The position numbers and the translations under genes were made by a program. Positions 12,577 through 21,721 of a stretch of 64,000 bases of DNA are shown one piece after another (positions within the stretch are counted from its first letter, which is position 1; every line of letters begins with the position of its first letter). Source of the stretch: Methanobacteriota archaeon (GTDB lineage: Archaea; Thermoplasmatota; E2; DHVEG-1); contig CAVYNH010000006.1 in assembly GCA_963769885.1 (NCBI GenBank), positions 64,001 to 128,000 of the forward strand. Reading direction: 5' to 3'. The notes beneath the pieces are model-generated. The model saw only the letters and a program-made list of their open reading frames with translations. It had not been told where the DNA came from and ran no database searches.

Positions 12577-12921
12577 TCATTTTTTTCTTTTTTTCAGAAT
12601 CTTCGATACCTGCTTTTTCAATTCAGGTATTTTGCTCACAACAACATCCCATACAATCGCATGATCAACCCCGAAATATGCATGAATTAGGATATCCCGC
12701 AGCCCAGCTATCTTCTTCCATTCAACCTCTGGATGCTGTCGCTGAACATCAGCCGGAAGATGTTTCACCGCTTCCCCGATGATCTCAAGATTCCGGACGA
12801 CTGCGTCCTGCACAAGTTGATTCTTTGAGAAGTCCTCATACGAAAGCCCCCGCACATATCCATCTATTCGTTGAATAGCGAAGACAATATCCTTGAGAAA
12901 TACCTTAAATTCCCGAGGCAT
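12577..12921 (-). CDS. HepT-like HEPN ribonuclease toxin (DUF86)
   Basis: [13 protein letters not shown] and [12 protein letters not shown] (R-x4-H-x-Y) motifs. Confidence 0.92.
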   Translation of the reverse strand: MPREFKVFLKDIVFAIQRIDGYVRGLSYEDFSKNQLVQDAVVRNLEIIGEAVKHLPADVQRQHPEVEWKKIAGLRDILIHAYFGVDHAIVWDVVVSKIPELKKQVSKILKKRKK

Positions 12922-13207
12922 ATCGGACACCCTTCAGAATCGAGGGTTTCAACTCAGTCTTCAATGCTTCCTTCACAACCAGATCAACCCGCCGCCCAAA
13001 GACGCTCTCAAGGAAGAATTTCAGGTCCATATAATTATCAAACGTCTTCCGACCTCTCTTGAACTCGACCAGGATGTCGATATCGCTCTTCCTCCCTTGC
13101 GTGTTTGAGGAAAATGACCCGAAGAGCCCGATCTTCCGCACACCATACCGTTGAATTCGTTCCCTTTTTTCAGAGAGAGTATTGAGGATATTCTCAGAGG
13201 TAAGCAT
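12905..13207 (-). CDS. MntA-like minimal nucleotidyltransferase antitoxin
   Basis: GLFGS...SDIDILV motif and RVDLV; overlaps the HEPN gene; start set at ATG 13207. Confidence 0.92.
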   Translation of the reverse strand: MLTSENILNTLSEKRERIQRYGVRKIGLFGSFSSNTQGRKSDIDILVEFKRGRKTFDNYMDLKFFLESVFGRRVDLVVKEALKTELKPSILKGVRYASGI

Positions 13208-13474
13208 ACCGTGAATAAATACCTGCACGAGTATAAGAAATTGATTGTTGACAAAACCCATTATCCGTGCTAATGGCATGATCACGTCGGGAACGTGCTA
13301 AAGGCACACTTCTCCCCTTGTGTTGGAGAGTTACGGCCTGGCAAAAAATCCTTCTGGGGGATTACTTGTTAGAAGTTCGATGTTCCTGTATTTATTAAAA
13401 TCGGCGGCTCGACTTTTTTACGAGGATTAGTGCGGCATCCTAGAAAAAACAGGATTCGGGAATGAATTACGGTC

Positions 13475-15040
13475 TTAGTATCTCAATATTTGTCGTAAGA
13501 TTGGGAATGCATTGGGGAATCGATTGAGAAGCCAGTAGATGATGGGGAAGCGGGGTGGTTCGTACGGCATTTTGACATGGAGGGTGCCCCAGTCGCTTTC
13601 CATCAAGTGTTTGTCGCGTGCTTTGACGTTGATGTCGTAGCGGCCGCGTTTCTCCCAGGTATGCGATTGTATGATGGGTTGGCCTGAGGGGGTTGGGGTG
13701 GTCCAGTCAGTGGCGGTGCCATCGCCCCAGTTGATGTAGTAGGAGATGTTATTTTCCTCGGGGTCGGTCGAAACGAGAGTATAATTGCAGTTATGTTTTA
13801 TTTTTCCGGAGGAGGGGCCGGTGATGGTTGGTGGTGATGGGGGCTGGTTGGCAATTATTGTGAGAGCGTAGAGGGAGGTGGAGGAAAATTGGTTGCCGTG
13901 GGGTTCAAATTGTGCGGCGATGTAGAGTGTGCCGTTTTCGTCAATGGCAGGTGATGATTCGATGCTGTCTCCTGCATGGAATTTCCATCGGAGCGTTCCG
14001 TTTGGGTTGAGTGCGTAGAGGAAGCCATCGAGTGAGCCGCAGTAGATGATTCCATTTTTGTCAATGGCGGGGGAGGATAGCAAGGAATCTCCCGTTTGAT
14101 AATGCCATTTTTCAGTCCCATCGGGTGAGATGGCGAATAGTTTGCCGTTGTATGATCCTGCATAAATCGTGCCGCCACTAGCGATTGCGGGGGATGTCTC
14201 TGCAGAGTCTCCTGTATTGAATCTCCATTTCAAGGTTCCATTCGGGGAGATTGCATAGAGATTTTTATCCCAAGAGCAGACATAGATTATGCCATCGTCT
14301 CCGATGGAAGGTGATGATTTTACTTCCCCGCTTGTCTTGAATTTCCATCTCAAGGTCCCGTTTGGATTGATCGCATAGAGATACTGGTCGTGGGAGCCGA
14401 TGTAGATATTTCCATTTTTATCAATGGCTGGTGATGAGTATATCCAATCGGTTGCGTAGAAACTCCATTTAATCGTTCCATTAGGAGAAACAGCACATAA
14501 TCTGCTGCTTCCTAACGATGCAGCATAGATAATTCCTTCGCTATCAATGGCTGGCGAAGAAAAAACCCAGCCCTCCCCTAAATGGGTAATCCACTTTATT
14601 GATCCATTTGGATAAAGTGCATTAAGATTGCCATTATCTGATCCGAAAAAAATAGTTCCATCTGATGAGACGGCAGGGGAAGAATCCACCCAATCACCAG
14701 GAGCAAAATGCCATTTTTCTGTACCATTTGGATTTATAGCGAAAAAGAAATTGTTATGAAAACCTTCTGCACCGATATAGATTATATTATTTTTATCGAT
14801 AGCGGGAGAAGAAATAGTCAATCCTTCCATCTGAAATTTCCATTTGACAAGATACCAATTACCATTTGCCCCATACATACTTCTTCCTGTGTGATGTATA
14901 TCATGATGGAACATGGGCCATGCGGAATCCAGAAGACCATCAGACAAGGGTTCAGCTTTTGCTGGAGTAGCAGGTAGGATTGTGGGAAGAATGAGTATGG
15001 AAATCACAAGACCCAGTATGACGGTTGAAGGGTGTATCAA
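13475..15040 (-). CDS. Secreted PQQ-like beta-propeller repeat protein with PKD-like domain and amphipathic C-terminal tail
   Basis: Signal peptide; WPMFHHD; about eight SSPAI..GTIY..S.D..LYAINPNGT.KW repeats; YYINWGDG; tail WLLNRFPNAFPILRQIL. Confidence 0.9.
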   Translation of the reverse strand: MIHPSTVILGLVISILILPTILPATPAKAEPLSDGLLDSAWPMFHHDIHHTGRSMYGANGNWYLVKWKFQMEGLTISSPAIDKNNIIYIGAEGFHNNFFFAINPNGTEKWHFAPGDWVDSSPAVSSDGTIFFGSDNGNLNALYPNGSIKWITHLGEGWVFSSPAIDSEGIIYAASLGSSRLCAVSPNGTIKWSFYATDWIYSSPAIDKNGNIYIGSHDQYLYAINPNGTLRWKFKTSGEVKSSPSIGDDGIIYVCSWDKNLYAISPNGTLKWRFNTGDSAETSPAIASGGTIYAGSYNGKLFAISPDGTEKWHYQTGDSLLSSPAIDKNGIIYCGSLDGFLYALNPNGTLRWKFHAGDSIESSPAIDENGTLYIAAQFEPHGNQFSSTSLYALTIIANQPPSPPTITGPSSGKIKHNCNYTLVSTDPEENNISYYINWGDGTATDWTTPTPSGQPIIQSHTWEKRGRYDINVKARDKHLMESDWGTLHVKMPYEPPRFPIIYWLLNRFPNAFPILRQILRY

Positions 15041-15181
15041 AGTTCTTTCCCCAGGTAATAGAATCGCCGCCTCTCCTTATTAAACTGCCTCTGGAGGTTT
15101 AAATCTCGACCTGAAAAAGAGCTGATCGTGAGACCATGTGATGTGAAATTCTTGGAGCATTGAAAATCTAAAATTAAACCC

Positions 15182-16534
15182 CTAGTGGGCGTTTATCCAC
15201 TGGGCGATGTCGTCCACGACCTTAGGGGCGACGTTCCCAGGGACGGCGTAGTCCTGCGGCGACGGCGGCTCCCCGCCGGGGGTGAACAGGTGCGTGAGGT
15301 CTGGAAAGGCATGGAACGCGACGTTCGTACGATTCCCGAGCGCCGCCTGCCAGAGTAGGAAATCCAGCGTAAAGTTCACTTGGTAATCTCGCATCCCCTG
15401 CAGAAACAGCATCGGCAGCGACAGGTTCTCCGCGGTCTGAATCGGGTTGTAGCTTGCGAGGTCCGCCCAATAGGCCCTTCCGGCGCCAATCACGACCTCG
15501 CCTGTACGAATATTTAGTGTATGGATCTTCTCCACCATTATGCTGAGGTTGTGGATGGCCTGGGCCTCGAAGCTTGTGACGTTCCCGTCGAGGTTCGCAA
15601 GGTAGATGGTCTGGTTCAACGCGAGGTCCTCGAGCGGACGCGCCGGGACAGCAAGCAGGATCAGCCCCGCGATCCCGGTCGTGTTCGCCGCAATCCGAGG
15701 GGCGAGCATGGCGCCGAAGCTATGACCGAGGACATAGATCCTGCTCAGATCAACACCAGGGGTTGAATGCAGGAGTGCGACCGCCCGTTGCGCATCCTGC
15801 TCTGTCTCTTGAAACACCGTGAAGTTGCCCAGGTCCTTGGCGATGATCGCGCCGTACTGCCTCGTCCGCTTCTCGTACCGCAGCACCGCAATCCCCTGGG
15901 ACGCCAGCCCCCCTGCGAGATCCTTGAACGGCTTGTCCGCAAGGACGGTCTCATCCCGGTCGTTCGGCCCTGACCCCTGCACCAAGACCACGGCGGGGAA
16001 CGGACCCGCACCGTTCGGCATGCTCAGCGTCCCGGGAAGTGGCCACGCCGTCCCCGCACCCACGGTCACGTTCGTCTCAGCAAACGCGCTCAGATTCGCA
16101 TACGACGGCGGCCGATACTCACCAGAGAGATCGGCCGGCAAGAAATGCAGCCCGGCCACCAGCCCCGCCTGATCGAACGTCACTACACAATCCAGCGTCA
16201 TCTGCAGCGTGAACACACACGTCACAAACACGTTCGTATAGTTCTGCTGCGTCGTCACCCGCACGCCCGTGACGTTCTCAAACGCCCCATACTGCACCTG
16301 CAGCTGACCCCAGATCGCCTCCAGCTTCGCCGCGGACGTCGCCTGCTGCATCGTCCCCGTGAACCAGGAGGTAAACACCGCGGCCAGCGTCCCGTTGTTC
16401 ATCCGCTCGACAACCTGCACCGCCCGATCCTCATTCGTCACACCGGGCGCCGCCGGCCTCTGCTCGCTGCAGCCGCACAACCCGACCACCACCATAGACA
16501 CCACCACGAGAACACACGAAAACACTTTGTTCAT
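15182..16534 (-). CDS. Lipoprotein alpha/beta hydrolase with DUF3887-like N-terminal domain
   Basis: Lipobox LCGC; GSGPNDRDE, nucleophile GHSFG, QGMRDYQV, LTHLF. Confidence 0.88.
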   Translation of the reverse strand: MNKVFSCVLVVVSMVVVGLCGCSEQRPAAPGVTNEDRAVQVVERMNNGTLAAVFTSWFTGTMQQATSAAKLEAIWGQLQVQYGAFENVTGVRVTTQQNYTNVFVTCVFTLQMTLDCVVTFDQAGLVAGLHFLPADLSGEYRPPSYANLSAFAETNVTVGAGTAWPLPGTLSMPNGAGPFPAVVLVQGSGPNDRDETVLADKPFKDLAGGLASQGIAVLRYEKRTRQYGAIIAKDLGNFTVFQETEQDAQRAVALLHSTPGVDLSRIYVLGHSFGAMLAPRIAANTTGIAGLILLAVPARPLEDLALNQTIYLANLDGNVTSFEAQAIHNLSIMVEKIHTLNIRTGEVVIGAGRAYWADLASYNPIQTAENLSLPMLFLQGMRDYQVNFTLDFLLWQAALGNRTNVAFHAFPDLTHLFTPGGEPPSPQDYAVPGNVAPKVVDDIAQWINAH

Positions 16535-16836
16535 CACACTCACCACAGATATCTTGACGGACAGCCGTAGGAACCCTCGACCTAAAAGTCTTTCCCCAAC
16601 CCAATCAGAAGCCTCATCGAAGCATCCCTCCTTTTGCCATTACTTCACATTATTTCACAGTCACATTCCACTAAAATTTCATAGCTCACCACGGCTTCGC
16701 ATCAAACACCGCAATACACATACCGCCATCCTCAACCAACCACCCTCATCACCAGACCCACCAAACCCCTCAAAAAACACAGCAACCAATAAAAACCACC
16801 ACCCCCATAACAAAAAATCAGAGAGAAACGATAAAA

Positions 16837-18412
16837 ATGAGACCACGCCCCCTCATCCTCATCCTCCTCCTCACAATCCTGCTCACCATCCCCGCCACCG
16901 CCGCCACCCACCAGACCGACACCGCCGTCACCCCCGCCACCGCTCTCCAAGTCGCCCGCCACTTCCTCCCCACCGCCACCACCAACACCACCACCCTCAT
17001 CACCGACCACGCCACCCCCCTCTACTACCTCATCACCCTGCAGCCCACCGGCTACATCCTCGTCACCGCCGACACCCGCCTCCCCCCCATCCTCGCCTAC
17101 AGCACCACCGCAGCCCCCGACACCCCCGACGACCCTGACCACACCCTCCTCACCCTCGCCACCGCCGACCTCCACCAACGACTCACCCACCTCACCAGCC
17201 TCCCCCCTGATCTCCTCCGCCAACGCGCGGACCAATGGACCCAGCTCATCGCCGGCACCCCCACCCAGTCCTCCACCTACCGCCAATGGCCACGCCTCGG
17301 TACCACCAGCGACGGCGGCTGGCTCGAAACCACCTGGACCCAAAAATATCCCTACAACCTCGACTGCCCCATCGACCTCGCCACCCACGACCGCAGCGTC
17401 GCCGGCTGCCCCGCCGTCGCCATGGCCCAAATCCTCAACTACCACCAGACCACCAACACCATCGCCTTCAACGACACCGACGACTACCTCCACGACTACG
17501 CCGGCAACACCTTCACCATCAACGACAACCACGCCACCTACGACTTCCCCAGCTTCCCCGCCCTCGACACCAGCCTCGAAACCCTCACCCGCTACTACCA
17601 GACCCAGACCCCGCTCACCATCCGCGACAAGGCAGCCCTCGTCTTCGCCTGCGGCGTCGCCGCCCATCAAGTCTACAGCCCCCAGGGCTCCGGCACCTAT
17701 GGCGTCTCCCAAGCACTCCAGGCCTACCACCGCTTCGGTTTCACCAACGTCACCCTCCTCACCCAAAACACCACCGACACCTACACCCAGATCCAAGACG
17801 ACCTCAAGGTTGGCCTTCCCGTCCATTACGCCTGCGTGAACGAGAACTGGACCGCAGGCCATAACTTTGTCGTCGACGGCTACAACACCGACGGCTACTA
17901 TCATTGCAACTTCGGCTGGGGCGGCCCCATGGACGGCTGGTATCTCCTCCCCCAGGAGCTCCCACGCAACCTCACCTTCCTTGAAGGCGCCATCGTCCAC
18001 ATCCGCGACGAGTACCGACCAGTCCCGCCTCAGCGCCACTGGCAGCCTCAGCTGGGACCACGTCCAGACGAGAGCCACGCTCACCGGCACCATCCTTTTG
18101 CAGACCTCCGCCGAGCCCGGCACCACCCTCTCCTGGGAGGTCGCCGACACCCCGGACTGGGGCACCTGGACCTTCACCCCAGACTACGGCACCATCACCG
18201 CGAACAACACCGTCAACATCACGCTTTCCGCCACCGCCCCGTACCTCCCCAACCACCACTACACCGGACATATCACCATCATCAACCCCCAGGATCCCTC
18301 AGACAACTGCCTCATCCACCTCTCACTCACCACCCCTCAGGCTCACCCTTATTTCAACGTCCTCTTCCCCCGGCTATCCGCCTTCCTCCACCATCTCTTC
18401 CACCTCCAATAG
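16837..18412 (+). CDS. Secreted streptopain-like C10 peptidase with prodomain and C-terminal beta domain; frameshift near 18005
   Basis: WTQKYPYN, AGCPAVAMAQI (Cys), GHNFVVDGY (His), HCNFGWGG; protein-like sequence continues in another frame (GSLSW...TPDWGTWTFTP) to the stop at 18412. Confidence 0.85.
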
Positions 18413-18452
18413 AGACGAAGATTAAAGAACCCTCCTTAGATACACTCGCCTT

Positions 18453-19268
18453 ATGGGAAGATTAGGGCGAAGCTGGCAGCTGATGAAAACCAGCATGCAT
18501 GTACTCAGGCAGGACAAAGAAATCATCATCCTCCCAATCCTCTCGTTCTTCTGCGCCGTCATCATCCTCGGCACCTTCATCTTCGGGCTGTTCTTCACCC
18601 AAACCCTCTTCACCCTGTCCTGGATCCTCATCATCGTCCTTCTCCTCATGTACTTCTTCCTCTACTTCATCATCATCTTCTTCAACACCGCGATCATCGC
18701 CTGCGCCCACATCAGGCTCAACGGCGGCGACCCCACCATCCGCGACGGCCTGCGCATCGCCAGCGAGAACCTCGGACGTATCCTCAAATGGGCGCTCATC
18801 TCCGCCACCATCGGCCTCATCCTCCAGGCAGCCAGGGAACGCAGCGGCACCCTCGGCCGCATCCTCATCGCCATCATCGGCTTCGCCTGGACCGCGGTCA
18901 CCTTCTTCATCATCCCGGTCCTCATCTACGAGAAAAAAGGCATGTGGGACTCCCTCAAACACAGCGGCCAGCTCTTCCGCAAGACCTGGGGAGAAACCAT
19001 TGCTGGGGAAATCGGCTTCGGCGTCATCTTCTTCCTCATCGCCCTCATCGGCGTCATCCCGATCGTGTTCGGCATTCTCAGTTATAGCTTTACAACCTTC
19101 ATCATCGGCGTCGTCATCGCCGCCCTCTTCTGGATTGTTCTGGGCGCTGTTGCCTCAGCCCTCAACGGCATCTACGTCGCCGCCCTCTACAACTATGCGA
19201 CCACAGGAAAACTCCCGGAGCCGTACAACCCCAGCCTCATCCCCGCCTACAACCCCGGTCTCCGTTAA
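18453..19268 (+). CDS. Conserved membrane protein (DUF6159-like)
   Basis: Six TMs; SW.LMKTSM.VLRQDKE start; S..LFRKTWGE motif. Confidence 0.7.
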   Translation: MGRLGRSWQLMKTSMHVLRQDKEIIILPILSFFCAVIILGTFIFGLFFTQTLFTLSWILIIVLLLMYFFLYFIIIFFNTAIIACAHIRLNGGDPTIRDGLRIASENLGRILKWALISATIGLILQAARERSGTLGRILIAIIGFAWTAVTFFIIPVLIYEKKGMWDSLKHSGQLFRKTWGETIAGEIGFGVIFFLIALIGVIPIVFGILSYSFTTFIIGVVIAALFWIVLGAVASALNGIYVAALYNYATTGKLPEPYNPSLIPAYNPGLR

Positions 19269-19293
19269 TCAAAAAAATGTATTTGAATCTTTT

Positions 19294-19926
19294 CTAATAA
19301 GGATACGGAAAACAATTAAGATATTCAGCTATATATACTGCAATAAATGCAATTATTAAAAAAGGAATGCCAAAAATTTCAAAAATTGTATTATCTAGTA
19401 ATGCACCAAAAATTCCAAAGGGCACTGCAATAATTAATAAAATTAAACAGATAGCATCCTTAAAAATTGGTGTAGTTGTTGAACATGGACAGTTTAAAGC
19501 CTTTAATCCGTCAATTTCCTTTTTAAGTTTTAAGTCCTTCTCAAAAATACCATTAAGCTTATTTTTCAATGGAAAAAATGTTTCAGTCAATAAGGATATT
19601 TTTGGTCTAAACGATGATTTTGAAAGAATCAACCCAACAACATACATCCTCTTGAGTTGGTTCACAGTTAATACCGGAATCTTGATCGTCGAGAATTTTC
19701 CATTAAAATTAGTAAAAATATTCTTCAGCTGAGAAGCAAGAAAAACCTTCTGAATCTCCTTATTATTGACTATATCAACAATCGTTTGAAACACCAACTC
19801 TTTTTGTTTGAACCCATCCTTCATCGACGCTTGCACTGTCTGAAATCCAACAACATTTGTTTGTGAACCAAGGACAACCAAAATAATACATAGAAGACTC
19901 AAACCAAGGAGAATTGGCTTCTTCAT
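19294..19926 (-). CDS. Hypothetical exported protein with two C-terminal TM helices (low GC)
   Basis: Signal peptide, GGGAG upstream, Cys residues flanking the C-terminal hydrophobic hairpin. Confidence 0.75.
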   Translation of the reverse strand: MKKPILLGLSLLCIILVVLGSQTNVVGFQTVQASMKDGFKQKELVFQTIVDIVNNKEIQKVFLASQLKNIFTNFNGKFSTIKIPVLTVNQLKRMYVVGLILSKSSFRPKISLLTETFFPLKNKLNGIFEKDLKLKKEIDGLKALNCPCSTTTPIFKDAICLILLIIAVPFGIFGALLDNTIFEIFGIPFLIIAFIAVYIAEYLNCFPYPY

Positions 19927-20032
19927 TTTCTTTCTCCCAATTTAGTACCTGAAGAAAGGCTATTTAAATATATTTAGATATTTTTTAAAAACTCATTATT
20001 CTGAGCAATGAAAATGTATGAAACGAAGAGGG

Positions 20033-20512
20033 TCACCGCTGGAGCGTCACGCCCCGCTGATTCTGATATGTCCCCGACCGCTCCTGATACAAGGCCTTCG
20101 GCTGACTCTCCAACCGCTCGAACACGATCTGACAGAACCGGTCGCCGATCGGGATCTCCACCGGCTCATGGCTGGCGTTGAAGCACCCCAGCGTCAATGT
20201 CCCGTGGAACCCGGCGTCGACCTTCCCGAAGCTCGCCAGGACCCCTTTCCGCGCATAGCTCGAGCGGATCCACAGCTGAGATGTGATCATCGGACCCATC
20301 TGGATGCATTCTCGGGTGCTGACTGCGAACCACGTCAGCAGCGGGACAACCGCGACGCCATCCTTCACATGAGCACCCGATTTCTTGACGAAGACCTCAG
20401 CGATGGAGAGATCGTACCCGTTCGGCGTCAGGTTCTTCGCATGAAAGGGTTCGATTCCCAGGCTGCCATCCGCCAACGCCGCCTCAATGTCCGTGTCTGC
20501 GAGCACCACCAT
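20033..20512 (-). CDS. dcd: dCTP deaminase / trimeric dUTPase-family protein
   Basis: PNGYDL, RSSYARKG, GKVDAGFHGTLTL, RFCQIVF, YQNQRGVT. Confidence 0.85.
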   Translation of the reverse strand: MVVLADTDIEAALADGSLGIEPFHAKNLTPNGYDLSIAEVFVKKSGAHVKDGVAVVPLLTWFAVSTRECIQMGPMITSQLWIRSSYARKGVLASFGKVDAGFHGTLTLGCFNASHEPVEIPIGDRFCQIVFERLESQPKALYQERSGTYQNQRGVTLQR

Positions 20513-20518
20513 AGTCCC

Positions 20519-20998
20519 TCACTGAATCGCGATCTTCTTGATTGTCACCGGCTCCAGCGGCCTGTCGCTGCAGTCAGTCTTGACCGTGCCGATGGCATCC
20601 ACGACATCCATCCCGGAGACGACCTTCCCGAAGACGGGATGCTGACTCGTCCTCGGCGGCTTATCAAAATCCAGGTACGTGTTATCCACGAGGTTGACGA
20701 ACCACTGACTGCCGCCCGTGTTCGGACCGCAGTTCGCCATCGCGATCGTCCCCCGCACGTTGCTGAGATCCTTGCGGAACTCGTCCTTGATCGTGTACCC
20801 CGGCCCGCCAGTCCCGGTGCCCTTGGGGCAGCCGCCCTGAATCATGAACCGCGGGATGACCCGATGGAAAATCAGACCGTTGTAGAAGCCTTTCTGCACG
20901 AGCGTGACGAAGTTCCCGGTCGTGACCGGCGCCTTATCCTCGAACAGCTCGATGGTGAACGTGCCTTTACTCGTCTCAAAGACTGCGTTGCGATTCAT
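20519..20998 (-). CDS. Cyclophilin-type peptidyl-prolyl isomerase (cytoplasmic)
   Basis: FHRVIPRFMIQGG, GTIAMAN, GGSQWFVN, VFGKV; start ATG 20998 after GAGAGG. Confidence 0.93.
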   Translation of the reverse strand: MNRNAVFETSKGTFTIELFEDKAPVTTGNFVTLVQKGFYNGLIFHRVIPRFMIQGGCPKGTGTGGPGYTIKDEFRKDLSNVRGTIAMANCGPNTGGSQWFVNLVDNTYLDFDKPPRTSQHPVFGKVVSGMDVVDAIGTVKTDCSDRPLEPVTIKKIAIQ

Positions 20999-21014
20999 CC
21001 AAACCTCTCTCCCG

Positions 21015-21638
21015 TTACTCGATGACGATGGAGTTGATGATGATGTCGGTATTAGGCCTCCCGGTCCCATCGCTGCCGATGGCATGGGGCTGAACTGCGA
21101 TTGTATGGACGACATCAAGACCTTCTATCGTTCTACCAAATGCAGCATACTTCCCGTCCAAGGATGGTTGGGCACCGTCACAAATAAAGAATTCGGCACT
21201 TCCACCAATTCCGGCACCCGTACTTGCCATAGAGATTGTCCCATTTAGATGCTTCACATCACTAGACTCAAACGCAATCTGCCCGAACGGATCCATCTTC
21301 TGCGTCCCATTGGGCCAATACCCACCACCCTGAATCATGAAACCAGCATTAATCCGATGGAAGATCAACCCGTTGTAGAACCCCGCGTTCACCAGCCGCA
21401 CGAAATTATTCACGGTAATCGGCATTTTATCCTTATACAACTCGACACGAAACGTTCCCTCAGAGGTATTGAAAACTGCTACTGGATTTGGAGTCCTAGG
21501 ATACACCGCCCAGACCGCCACCACGGCAACGATAATGACAACAAGGACGATGCCGAGCTGGACGCCACGAGACGCAAAAGGACTCTTCTTCGGTTGCGGA
21601 GGGTTCGCCCGTTTACGAGAGGGGATTGCATCTGCCAT
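21015..21638 (-). CDS. Cyclophilin-type peptidyl-prolyl isomerase with N-terminal membrane anchor
   Basis: Basic N-terminus plus one TM, then FHRINAGFMIQGG, GTISMAS, LDGKYAAFG. Confidence 0.9.
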   Translation of the reverse strand: MADAIPSRKRANPPQPKKSPFASRGVQLGIVLVVIIVAVVAVWAVYPRTPNPVAVFNTSEGTFRVELYKDKMPITVNNFVRLVNAGFYNGLIFHRINAGFMIQGGGYWPNGTQKMDPFGQIAFESSDVKHLNGTISMASTGAGIGGSAEFFICDGAQPSLDGKYAAFGRTIEGLDVVHTIAVQPHAIGSDGTGRPNTDIIINSIVIE

Positions 21639-21721
21639 AATGAAATCACTCGCTCCCGGTAAAACAAGGCTTCTGTATAAGCCTTTCTCCCTCAGAAAAA
21701 AGACCTAAAGCCCGGCTACGA

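Noticed and set aside
13900-14800. Roughly 120-bp periodic repeats (also 38150-39000) as a possible CRISPR or DNA repeat array
   Set aside because: Degenerate protein-level beta-propeller blades; no identical repeats with unique spacers and no cas genes.
16730-16830. C/A-rich low-complexity tract as a telomere-like or simple repeat
   Set aside because: No fixed repeat unit; it is the peak of a skew block.
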